In this document: positions 1 to 11,242 of the stretch, piece by piece
How positions within the stretch are numbered: the stretch's first letter is position 1
Layout of the letters: each line of letters opens with the position of its first letter
Assembly (NCBI RefSeq): GCF_006345805.1
Contig: NC_042997.1
Span: forward strand, 152,148,001-152,212,000
Reading direction: 5' to 3'
Source: Octopus sinensis
Lineage: Eukaryota
DNA: 64,000 nt
The notes under the pieces: generated by a model
Told to the model about the DNA's origin: nothing
Seen by the model: only the letters and a program-made list of their open reading frames with translations
The model's database searches: none
Position numbers and translations under genes: made by a program

Positions 1-1680
1 AGATCAGCCGTCTGTTGCTTTCCAGAATTGGGTTATCGAGATCTCACCACCCTCTCAAATACCTTGATGATATGAGAGGTGAGTGAGATCGGACGGTAAT
101 TCACTGCAAGGGACTTGTTTCCCTTTTTGAAAACTGGGACAACAGACTGGGACAGAAGGTTTTTTGGAATATAGCCAGCATCCAGTGAGTTTCTCCACAG
201 ATTAGTAAGGGGAGATGCAAGTTGGTGTCGACACACCTTCAGGACACAAGCAGGAACCTATCGGGGCCTACTGCTGAATTGTGTTTTATTTCGTTTATCG
301 CCGCTAAGACATCAGGGGCACTAAACGTTATGTCCGATATAGTGTGTTGGGGGTTGACATCACTGATACAGCCCAGATCGGCCATATCAGGATTGCTGAA
401 AACAGAGCAGTATTGTTTCTGCAGTATCTCGGCCATGGATTTGGCATTATCTTGAGAGTGCCAGTTTCGTCAATTAGAGGGCCTACAGTGGAGACAGTGA
501 CCCTGCGTTTCCTCGCAAATGAAAAGAACACTTTGGGGTTGAGTTTGATTTTTTCAATGGCCCACTTCTCCTCAGCTGATCTTTGTTATTGATGAGGGTC
601 TTCATGCATTGTTGGAGGTTATATTTTTTGGATTCAAGCAGTGCGATAGCCGTCGAATGTGTGTTGTTGCTGTGGCAGTACTTTAGTTTGTTAATTTTTT
701 TGTTTGTTCTTTTTATTTTCTGATAATGGTTTTTCTGTTTTGGGGGATTCTGCACTTTTTTTCACAGGTCTTGGTGGGGAGTGTTTTGCACATATGTCTG
801 TGACGGTGTCTACAAAGATCTGCCAGAGTAATGTTATGGTTGGTGGAGATGTGTGTATGTGTAAAGGACCAGTCAACATTTGATAGCTCGTTCCTGATTG
901 CATCCCAGTGGCTTTATGGAGATCCATGTTGTCAAATGGGTGGGCTGGAGGAAGGTCACTAGGATTAGCTTTCGGTCGGTTGTGGAATTTCATGTTACAG
1001 ACACCATGTCATGGTCTGAAAGAAGTTTTTTCCACTGCAACGTTATGTATAGTGTTAGTGTGGTTACTAAACACTAGGTCCAAAATGTTCTGATGTCTTG
1101 TTGGTGCAAGGACAAGTTGGGACAAGAAAAACTCATTCGTAAAGTCGAAAAGTGACTCTGCTGCTTCTTTGTCAGCGGTTGAGGCGGGAGTGCTTGGTTT
1201 CAAACAGTTTGTAGTCCAGTCAACACAGGGTAGATTGAAGTCTCCCATCATGAGTATGTTGCTAGAATGGCACTGTTGAATAAAGCACTTAATGCTGTTG
1301 AGGCATTCTTTAAAGCACAGTATGGTGTTTGGGGCGGCCTATAGAGCCCATTACTGTCAGGTCATTGGCTTTGTTGTGCACGGTGACTGATTCACAGTAG
1401 CCGTTGGAGAATATACTATTTCCATCTGCCGTAAATGAATCATGCAGGAAAATGGCAGTTCCACCCTTCCTCCTGCCGATACGATCCGCGCGGATGGTTG
1501 TGAAATTCTTCACTCTCACTTCGGCTTCCAAGTGGGAGTTGTCAAGGTGGGTCTCAGTGAGAATGAAGAAAGGTATGTGGTGTGAATGGTTACCAACCCA
1601 GTCTTCAATGAATTGGACCTTCCATTTTTGTGCATTGATGGAAGGGCTGACACCTTGTGCATTGAGTAGGAATGTGGAGG
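1..1680 (-). pseudogene. LINE ORF2 (APE endonuclease-reverse transcriptase), broken by frameshifts
   Basis: Pieces in ORFs 1310..1969, 1009..1251, 691..993, 483..755, 328..531, 239..436 and 33..236 are colinear with a CR1-type ORF2. Confidence 0.88.
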
Positions 1681-1699
1681 TTAGTGTAGTGGCTGGTTT

Positions 1700-2959
1700 T
1701 GACTGTTGCAGGGGCTTGGATTTTTTGTGTGTGTTAGTGGCAGCAATGTGGGGAATTGGTGCACGGGGTAATAGCATAGGATGGTGTTGAGTGATGGCTA
1801 GAATGTTTTTGTGTATCTCTTTTGCCATGTTCAACATGGCTAAAAAAGAATTTTCCTGCTTAGGGAGTAGTTTTTTGGCTGGAGGTGTGGTTGCACTGTT
1901 GGATAGGGTTGTAGTTTCCACTTTTGTTGTTGTTGTTTTTGTGTCTTCCTGAAAAGACTGGACCAGCATTACTGCAGCATGGTGTTTCTATTTTTATTGT
2001 TATTCAGGTTGTGTGTTGGCTTGAGGCCCCGTTTCTGTTTGTGCGTCGGGTCCTGGAAGATGAGTGAAGGGACAGTCACTCAGTAGACATGTTCTCTCAC
2101 GTTGGGAATACCGGCAGATTTTGGGACTCCGAGTTGTGTGTGTTTTGAATTTCGATTTACTATTGGGTGGTGTTGATGTTATTGTGGGATGCGTGCTTTG
2201 GCCTTGGCCGGTAGTGCGTCTAGTGCCGGGTAGATGCGTGAAGATGCAGTCACTATTTGTGCAGAGTCTCTGGCGCAGTGAATAGCGGCATATTTGGGGA
2301 TTTCTTGTTTGTGCCGTGGGGGGCGCATTCTGCTTCCTATGTTTCTTTAAGTTTTTGTTACTACTTAGTAGATTGAGGTGGTGATGTGGGGGAAGAGGGC
2401 AGTGGTTTCTTATTTGGTTTCTGTCGGTATTTTTGGTGATAGAAGACGATGGTGGCAGCGGTGGTGATGGATGATGATAATTGTGGTGGTTGCTGAAAGA
2501 GCGGTGAAAAGATACTGGCATTTAGTGAATCGTCTAGTAAGCTAGAGTTGAGGAGTGGCTGTTGTTGTTCTTGTTGCTGTGGCTGTTGTTGTTGTTGTTG
2601 TGCCTGACCGATGTCAGGGTCAGCCATTGTGCTGGGAACCAGGAGTGGCTCATTCTGTTGTTGTTGTTGTTGTGGCTGCTGATTTTCTAGCTGTTGTTGT
2701 TCTTGAACTGTGAAAATATGTAGAAGCTTTTCATAATGGCCTCTTATCAGTTTGAAAGATACTTCGATATGTTTCAACTTGCTACGAATCTGTTTGACGG
2801 ATCGTGTGTTGACCACTTGTGATGTTTTTTTTCGGCAATCTCATTCAAACACAAGACATTTAGATTTTCTGTTTGGGAAAGAGAGAGCCATGTATTTATT
2901 AAAACATCAATTTCGTTATCAGACCAATTTCGTCTGTTGCAGGCCTGCAAGTTAGTCAT
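1700..2959 (-). pseudogene. LINE ORF1: Myb/SANT-like N-terminus, poly-Q/low-complexity linker, two CCCH zinc fingers
   Basis: ATG at 2959 gives RRNWSDNEIDVLINTW...EIAEK, then after a frameshift RSVKQIRSKLKHIEVSFK. Poly-Q follows, then CRYSLRQRLCTNSDCIFTH (2234-2290) and CRYSQRERTCLLSDCPFTH (2060-2116), both C-x8-C-x4-C-x3-H. Confidence 0.7.
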
Positions 2960-3285
2960 GTTTGTTTTTCTTTTGTTTGTTTTCCTTTTGATTTTTGAAA
3001 ATATTATATTCTTTCTTGGAGTTAAAGAAGTGTATATATATATAAATGTTCTCTCTTAAGGGTGTGAGTTTTTGATTATTTGGTTGTTTGAGGATATTAA
3101 AGAAAAACAGTTGTATATAACAATTTGTAGTTAAATGAAAACGTACTTACGGGTTTGTAGGCAAACACGTGGTTACAAATATATATATATTTAAGGTCAG
3201 TTAGTTTTGAAGCTGTGTAGCTTGCTACTGACTTGGGATAGAAACAAATAGACGTCCGTCCACTTCAACAGTTAATCCACGTAAT

Positions 3286-3321
<36 letters not shown>

Positions 3322-3632
3322 GTCTATTTATTTGTCTGTCTACCTATCTATATATTTTCCTCTCTCTTTCTGAGCACACTTTGCAGCCAAGGGTTTCCGT
3401 ATTCAGTCCCACGCCAAAGCCATCTTGGGCAAGTGTCCTCTGCTATAGCACTGGACCGACCAATGCATTGTAAGTGAATTTGATGGACGAAGCCTATTTG
3501 GAAGCCCAATAGAAGACGGTGTTACTATTGTTTTTAGCATCAGGAAAACGTATGTGTGTGTGTATATATATGTATGGGTCTGTGTGTGTGTTTATGTGTG
3601 TGTGTGAGTGGGTGGGTGTGTATGTATATATT

Positions 3633-3663
<31 letters not shown>

Positions 3664-3829
3664 GCATGTATGGTGGTGGCTGCCTCCTCGTTATCGAGTA
3701 TGGCCATTGCACGAAGCTTAATCAATGTAGTTATCGTGCAATGCCTGTGCAAGAAGATACTTTTTAAAGTGAGGAAAGGCTGTGCACTGACTCAATCGCA
3801 CTCACTAAGCAACAGCAGCCATAATCCGA

Positions 3830-4175
3830 AAAGAAGAACAAGTCAACATCATCGGTAACCACTGAGCCGCAGGTTTTATGTCGGAGTTATCCCAGTTACC
3901 TGAGTTACCTTCTCCTAGAAGGATGCCCTAACAAAGCTAGGAGTCCTTCACTCCCTATCTTTTAACCGCGCGATCGGGTATTCAGTCCGATTATTTCTAT
4001 GTACCCGCACATGATACAGCCTTAAGACACTTATTGGATGGCCGTTGACTCTCAAGAGTTCCTCCGCCCTTTGACGGGTTTTGTTTTTCATCCCGCAGGG
4101 TGTCCAATAAACACCCTTCCAACCAAGCAAGCTTGGTGGAGTTGCCGGTTTAGTCGCCGACGACCCGACCATGCA
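3830..4175 (-). mobile_element. Probable 5' fragment of an RTE-type LINE
   Basis: GC-richer structured island containing agggcatccttctaggagaaggtaactc, which resembles a motif I recall from RTE 5' regions. No ORF recognised. Confidence 0.35.
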
Positions 4176-4181
4176 ACACTA

Positions 4182-4271
<90 letters not shown>

Positions 4272-4554
4272 TGTGTGTGTGTGTGTGGAGAAGTGTGTTT
4301 GTGTGTGTGTGCGTTTCTTTGTACCTGTGTTTCTCCCCACCCACTGCTTGACAACTGGTGCTCGTTTGCTTACGTCCCCTAATCTAAGCAGTTCTGCAAA
4401 AGAGTAATTGCCGGAATTTGAAAAGAATTACTGTAGCAGATATGTTTCACTAAAACTATTCAAGATGGTACTCCACCTAGGCCGCTATCCAATGAGTAAA
4501 ACTAGTAAAAGGTAAAACGACATATATATATATACATGAACATGCATTGTTATA

Positions 4555-4870
4555 CGGTCGGGCCTGTGTGTGTAAGTAGCTTGCTTGTTTCTTTGTGGGT
4601 GTGTATGTGTGTATGTGAGTGTGTGTATGTGCGTGTGTGTGTATTTATGTGTGCGTTTGTATTTGTTTCCCACCATCGCTAAATATCCGATGCTGGTGTG
4701 TTTATGTCCCCTAACTTAGCGGTTCGGCTAAGTGTTCGATAGAATAAGTACTAGGCTCGCAAAGAAAAAGTCCTGAGGTCGATTTTGTTCGACTAAAGCC
4801 CTTTGAGGCGGTGCTCCAGCTTATCCACAGTCAAATAACTGAAGCTGTAAAAGAATAAAGAATATAAGAA
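4555..4870 (+). mobile_element. SINE family A copy (internally deleted) with RTE-like 3' tail
   Basis: Matches the family A head (tgtgtgtaagtagcttgctt) and tail (gatagaataagtactagg...gtcaaataactgaagctgtaaaagaataaagaat). Confidence 0.8.
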
Positions 4871-5122
4871 TTACATAGAAAAAAGACGCAAGAAATGTTG
4901 GGGCTTAGCCTGTTGTAGAAAGTTCTATTATTATTCCGGTGTTTAAGTTGGCGGGCTTGTAGAAGCGTTAAGCATGTCAGACAAAATGCTTAGCAGTATT
5001 TCGTCTGTCTTTGTGTTCTGAGTTCAAATTCTAAACAAGATCGACTTTGCCTTTCATTTTTTCAGGGTCGAGAAAATAAAACGGCAGGAAATGGATTTGA
5101 AAGACGGGAAGTGAAAGAATTA

Positions 5123-5346
5123 CAGTAATGCTTCGCCATATCGCGGTTCACCTATCACGGTTTATTATTTGAGCTTACGTCGATTCCTCCGTGGTGTTAC
5201 TTTCCATTTAAAATAAAACAGATATATACAAATTATATAGATAATTTTTTAAAACATATGCAGTACAGTAGTGTTTCTACTTCGCGGATTTTCACCTATC
5301 TCGGGGTGTTTGGGAATGTAACAGCCGCAATAGTCGAAGAATTATG
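5123..5346. mobile_element. Tigger/pogo-like MITE
   Basis: TA-flanked imperfect TIRs cagtaatgcttcgccatatcgcgg and ccgcaatagtcgaagaattatg, with a repeated subterminal tcgcgg(at)ttcacctatc motif. Confidence 0.6.
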
Positions 5347-5382
5347 TACACACACACACACACACACATGTATCTCATTCAG

Positions 5383-5470
5383 TTTTATTTCAAGGTTTGT
5401 TGCCAATAAAGAAAGAGCAGGTTTCTAACCTAGATCCAAGGCTCCTTCATTGGAATTTCAACTGGGTATT
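5383..5470 (+). repeat. Short interspersed repeat next to (ATGT)n; second copy at 22262-22338
   Basis: Both loci share ttcagttttatttcaag..ttgccaata.agaaagagca.gtttctaacctagatccaagg. Confidence 0.75.
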
Positions 5471-5489
5471 TTTGCATGTATGTATACGT

Positions 5490-5698
5490 ACAGGTATGTA
5501 TGTATGTATGTATGTATGTATGTATGTATGTATGTATGTATGTATGTATGTATGTATGTATGTATGTATGTTTGTATGAATGTATGTATGTATGTATGAA
5601 TGTATGTATAAATGTATGTATGTATGTATGTATGTATGTATGTATGTATGTATGTATGAATGTATGTATGTATGAATGTATGTATGTATGTATGTATG

Positions 5699-5729
<31 letters not shown>

Positions 5730-5730
5730 T
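5490..5730. repeat. (TATG)n microsatellite
   Basis: Long near-perfect tetranucleotide tract. Confidence 0.95.
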
Positions 5731-6310
5731 TACGTGTGCATGTGTGAGTCTTTCTCCTCTTTGTCTCCCATCCACCGCTTGACAACCTGGGTTAGTTTGC
5801 TTATGTTCCTGTAACTTAGCACTCCGGCAAAAATAGTCCGATAGAATTGGAGTCGATTCATATGGCTAAATTCCTTCAAGGCGGTGATCCAGCATGGCCG
5901 CAGTCTGATGATTGAAACAAGTAAAAGCTGTTTGCTGAATCTCATGTTTTTATATGTAGTATAGGCTCCTTATGTAATTGTATATGAGTATATATACGTA
6001 TATGGCAACATGTACGTGCCAGTGGGTGCACTGAAGGCTGTACAGATCACTTCGGAGATGTCTAGTGAATTGGCTTTCGTTCTTACTACAAAAACCAGCA
6101 TAGAAAATGGAAAACAAAGGAAGAATTTGCTGACAAAAACCTTAATTGAACGTCGGAATATCTTTCAAGACATGTTACCGAAAGGATTATGAATGCGTTT
6201 GATCGTTGTAGCCAGAGGCTACAACCCTGTGTATGAAAAAACTGAGTAGCTCTCAAGGAAACGTCTATTTTTCTTCTAACAAATACATACAAGTCTTCTG
6301 TCTCTCGCCC

Positions 6311-6344
<34 letters not shown>

Positions 6345-6507
6345 ACTTTCTATTTATCTATCTATCTCTCTTTACTCCTTTCTCTGCCCCACTTCCTTTC
6401 TCTACCTCTTTCTCTCCCCATCTCTTTCCCTCACCCTATCCTTATCACTCCACCTCTCTCTTTTCTCTCTTACTCGCACCATCTCTCTCACTTTCTCTTT
6501 CTTTCCT

Positions 6508-6538
<31 letters not shown>

Positions 6539-6935
6539 CTCTCTCTCACTCTCTCTCTCTCTCTACCACACAATTACACACACACACACACACACGCACA
6601 CCTACACATATACACCCACATACTAAAGCACTCACACATACACACATAGCATTTCCTTTTCACACAAGAAATGCATATAAAAAGAGAACAGAAAAAAAAG
6701 AGTGCTGTGTGCGTGAAAAAAATATATAAATTCCCATTTCGGCAACAATACAAGAGCTAAAGGCAAAATAGGTTCACTGTATGACTACGATTGGTGAAGG
6801 AAGGATAAGATTGCGCATAGTTAATAGATGGGAGAAAGTATATGGAAAAAATGCTTACGTTGGACAACAATATGTCTGGACAGCCGCATTTCAACGAAGT
6901 ACAATGTAACTGTTCTTACAACAAACGCAAGTGTA

Positions 6936-6995
<60 letters not shown>

Positions 6996-7053
6996 GGTAT
7001 ATATAAATACATATATGTGTGTGCATCTGTGTATATACATATATACACATACT

Positions 7054-7095
<42 letters not shown>

Positions 7096-7271
7096 ATATA
7101 TATATGTATATACATATCTATAAATACATATATATATGTATATATTTATACATATATGTGTATGTACCTATGTATGCACGAATATATGAATCGATGTACG
7201 CATGATTATATATATATATATATATATATACATACATACATACATACATACATACATACATACTACATAAG

Positions 7272-7345
<74 letters not shown>

Positions 7346-7794
7346 TGCAGAGATGATGGATGGACAGAGGATACAATGCATGTTCGTACATATGTATGCT
7401 TGCATGTATCTATTTATGCTTGTATTTTTGCATAGGCAAATAGTTTAGGAGTTTGTTTTTCAGCCTTAGGTTCCTATTTCGATTCCGCTATGTGGAACCT
7501 TACTCAGCTCTATCAGTTACCATAGCTTCTGGTGGATCCAAGGGGTGTGAGTAAAACTGGATAAACGGAATATATTTGGAGGATCGTTAGATAGATTTTT
7601 ACTTGTAATTAAAGAAGCCTGTCTTGTCAGACAAGCCCCTTTAATTACTGATACTGACGAACATTAAATCAAAGATTGTGTTTATGAAATATTCAGCCCC
7701 TTAGAAACTAATTAAGTTGGCAAGTAGCTCAGTTGATTGAATGTTTGAGCACTCATCTTCGAAACCGACTGAGATCCATTTTGTATCTCTTTTG

Positions 7795-8195
7795 GTGCAT
7801 GCCTGGCTATGTGGTAAAAAGTTGTTTCACAACTGGGTTCAGCCTTTCTGCGTGGTACCTTGGGCAAGTATCTTCTACTATAGCCTAGGGCCGACCAAAG
7901 ACTTGTGAGTAGATTTGGTAGACGGAAACTGAAAGACGCCCGTTGTGTGTGTGAGCGCGCGCACGTGCGTGTATGCCTAAGTGTTTGTCCCACCACCACC
8001 GCTTGAAAACCATTGTTTGTGTGTTTAGATCCCCGTTACTTAGCGATTCAGCAAAACATACTCTGATAGAATAAGTACAAGACTTTATAAAACATAAGTA
8101 CTGGGGTCGATTTGTTCCATTAAAGTTTTTCAAGGTGGTGCCTCAGTATGGCCGTAGTCTAATGACTGAAACAAGTAAAATATAAAAGATAAAAG
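7795..8195 (+). mobile_element. SINE family A, full-length copy
   Basis: tRNA-like head (tggctatgtgg...gggttcagcc), ttgggcaagt..ttctactatagcc body, internal (TG)n, tail aatgactgaaacaagtaaaa. Confidence 0.85.
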
Positions 8196-8389
8196 GCCTA
8201 TGTGAGTAAGCATGAATGCCGTTGCATCTGTGAATCAACGTTCAGATTTTTGCATGTGCACATATCTATGTCCATGCATGTATATCTATGTGATTATTTC
8301 AGCTCAGTTTCGGAAATTTTTTACATAATTTCACAATTTACTAAAATAACATTTCGTCTATAATGTTGTAATTAACCGTGTTTCTCTGG

Positions 8390-9250
8390 TTTCGTAAAGT
8401 ACAGCTTCTCAGCGTGGTTTACTGAGGCAGTTAGTTACAAATGTAATAATCCCAATAATTACAGGTATAAATCTAAATCTTCTCCAGTCGTAATAGCTGC
8501 ATATTTTGGATTAGTTCAATATAGATATGCATAGGTTGTACATTATGTTATTTCTGTTGAGCAACTGAATTCCCTACTATGCAGATATATTTTTTTCTCG
8601 AATTAGGTCATTATGTCTGGTTTGTTGACGGAAATATTCTTTCATCAGTGTTCTTTTCTGCTATGAGTAAGAATACTCACTATATTATTATGCTACTATT
8701 TTCTGGATTATCTACATTGCATTGTATTTTCATCATCGTATCATGCTTCATAGGTAGATGTAATCATTATAACATTTTCCTTCAGCTTCCTATAATGTTG
8801 GTGATATGCTCATATTACTTCCAGATTCTGCGACGTTTATTGCACTTCAATGTTTTGCCTAAATTCTCATCTCCTTTGTACATTAGTCTGTTATTATTTC
8901 CTATTCCTTGTTTCCATAGGCAGCACGCCTTTCAAAGTGAAGCGTGAGCTACCATACTGGTCTTGATCCAAGACAGACTTCGTTGGTTAACTACGCTACT
9001 GTCAGTTCGAAGCTTTCTGACGACATAGCTATGCTTGACCAGATGATAAAATCGTTGCAAGGCTCATCTGTTGTGTTAGAAGCTGTGTAACTTCAATGAG
9101 TGTGTATCTTTGGACATCTGTCAGGGAGTATTTTCCGTGGAGCTTTTTTCAACTCTCATGGTTATTAGCTGCCTTGTGTATAAAATCTTTATCGATAAAT
9201 GCACTTCGACACCTGATGGTTTCTAAATGTTGTCGAAGGAAGAAAATGCA
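8390..9250 (-). mobile_element. Decayed R4/Dong-type (RLE endonuclease) non-LTR retrotransposon, 3' part
   Basis: Minus-strand translation across stops and frameshifts gives a degenerate zinc knuckle (HITNIIGS*RKM...LPMKHD), NKPDIM...EFSC and FRFIPVIIG. Confidence 0.6.
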
Positions 9251-9383
9251 CATTCAAAGTGAGTTTAAATTGATTTTAAAACTTTTATTCCTAGTTTTCG
9301 TTTTAGGAAGAAGCAATGTATATATATATATATATATATATATATTGATCAAAATAAAATAAAAACATGATGCGAAGGATTCA

Positions 9384-9461
9384 GCGGTACATATGTTTCG
9401 GGCCTTTATTAGACAGATTTATAACAATGCATAATGTATGTCTGTGGCCTTCTTCAGCCGC
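9384..9461 (-). ncRNA. Type I hammerhead ribozyme motif in left PLE arm
   Basis: GCGG-CUGAAGA-A-GGCC...GGCC-C-GAA-ACAUAUGU-A-CCGC: intact core, 4-bp stem I, palindromic stem III, GUA cleavage triplet. Confidence 0.75.
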
Positions 9462-11242
9462 GCACAACAGCTTCCACAAGGACATGTGTTACATCAAAAA
9501 TTCTTGGTTGGGGATGCAAATCCTATCATTCACGTACGACATAATGCGGCAGCAGCATAGAGTTGAAGCGTCCATCTCTTTCTTCTCTCAATGTAGAATG
9601 AGGAAAATTGGATGTTGAGGTAATGTAAATAAATAAATACATATATAGAGGTGAAGATGGAGGGGCGAGAGTTCGGGACGAAGGATAAAAAATGTATAAA
9701 AAGTGTAAGTATAGAATAATATAAAAATGTAGAGGATAAAGGGTTGTAAGTAGATGTAAAGGGGGTATAAAGAAATATAAAGTAAAAATAGAAATAGAAA
9801 TAAAAGTAAAAAAACATGATGAAAACATGATAAAAGTGTAAAAGAATGTAAAGATAAGGGATGTATAGAGGTTATGGACCAAGCATGGTGGTCAGGAGAT
9901 TGATAAAATTTAGTTGTAGAATCGTCAGTACATCAACAGTTTCGTCTGGGGACTTAATGCGTTGTAAATCAGAGCTGATGAGCATTTAATCTGGTTCCTT
10001 GAATTAAATGGACTTCTAGTACATACATATCATCATGGATATATACACCCACATACACGCGTACATATACGCCTCCAAGCCTATAAGCATACACACGCAC
10101 TCGCGTGTAAACACGTACATAAACACACACGCACCCACACGCATGCGCGTACACACACGCACCCACACGCATGCGCGTACACACACATACATACAACAGA
10201 ATATCCGCATATATACACGGACATTACGCGCGTACACGCTCACATGTATATACGCGCGCCCATCACTACATACACACACGTATATGCCCACGCCTCTAGG
10301 TCCAGGTATAAGATATTAAAGGATGTGTATAAGAACGTATGTAAAGAATCCCGTACTCATGTCAATACGCGCACGCACACACGGCTGTGTGTCCGTATGT
10401 GCGTGCACATATACACTCATATACACACACAGAGACACACGCGCACATGGGTATAGCTATAAGATATCGAAGTATGCATGTACATATATGCGCGTGCATA
10501 TGTATGTATGCGTATACACACGTACGCGGACGCTCGTATATTCAAAAGGTGGATCCATAGGTAAGTAAATAAACATATATAGAGGTGTAAAGCGATAAGT
10601 TAGGGGTAAGAATGATAAAAATTATAAGAGTTAAGGTAAGGGATGAAAATGAAAATGAGAATAAATGGAAGTAGAATAAAAGTAAAAATAAAATTAAAAA
10701 TAAAAATAAAAATAAATGGAAGTAGGATAAAAGTAAAAATAAAAGTAAAAATAAAAATAAAAATAAAATAAGATAAAAATATAATTTTGTAAAGTTTAAA
10801 GTTTGTGTTTTAAACGTAGGGGCGGGCGGGGGGAACTGAAAATTGGAAGGGTGGAAGTGGAGTTTGGCGGTGTGCGTTCAACATCTGAGTTAGAAATATG
10901 AAAGGGTATAGATATAGGGGATTAAAGAGACTACATAGGGAGGATATGGGTGTAGGAGAAGAAATATTTAGGGAAAAGAAGTCATATATGGGAGACAAAA
11001 TTTGTATATATAGGGGGAAAATGCAGGGAACCCTATATGCACGTACACACACCCACACACACACACACACACGCACATGTACATATATATGTATATGTAC
11101 ACATACGTACACGTATGTGCACATACATACGCACACACACACACATACACATATACACGCACATATAGGAAAGCGGGATGTGCTGGAGCCGACAGGTTGC
11201 ACCGGGTGGGAGGAAATTGCATGGGGGAGTTGGTATAAGACC

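Larger units (their letters stand above)
1..3290 (-). mobile_element. CR1/Jockey-group non-LTR retrotransposon (5' UTR, ORF1, APE endonuclease, start of RT), frameshifted, runs off the window start
   Basis: Minus-strand frames give APE motifs in order (FLLNAQG, ILTETHL, RADRIGRRKGGTAIF, MMGDFNLPCVDW, PTRHQNILDLVFSN). The pre-RT region follows (MAEILQKQYCSVFS, AVGPD), then RT start VVPVFKKGNKSLAVNYRPISLTSHIIKVFE. The 5' limit near the (TA)n at 3290 is approximate. Confidence 0.9.

Noticed and set aside
4040-4175. HDV-like ribozyme at the putative RTE 5' end
   Set aside because: Several hairpins are present, but I could not map the nested double pseudoknot.
6790-6915. Possible 56-nt minus-strand exon or mariner C-terminal relic ([14 protein letters not shown])
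   Set aside because: The two readings conflict and each rests on a short motif. Neither is supportable.
9925-10020. Second hammerhead in the PLE arm (CUGAUGAG plus an 8-bp stem; GUC-CCCA-GAC-GAAAC on the other strand)
   Set aside because: On each strand one half of the catalytic core is missing and stem I does not form.
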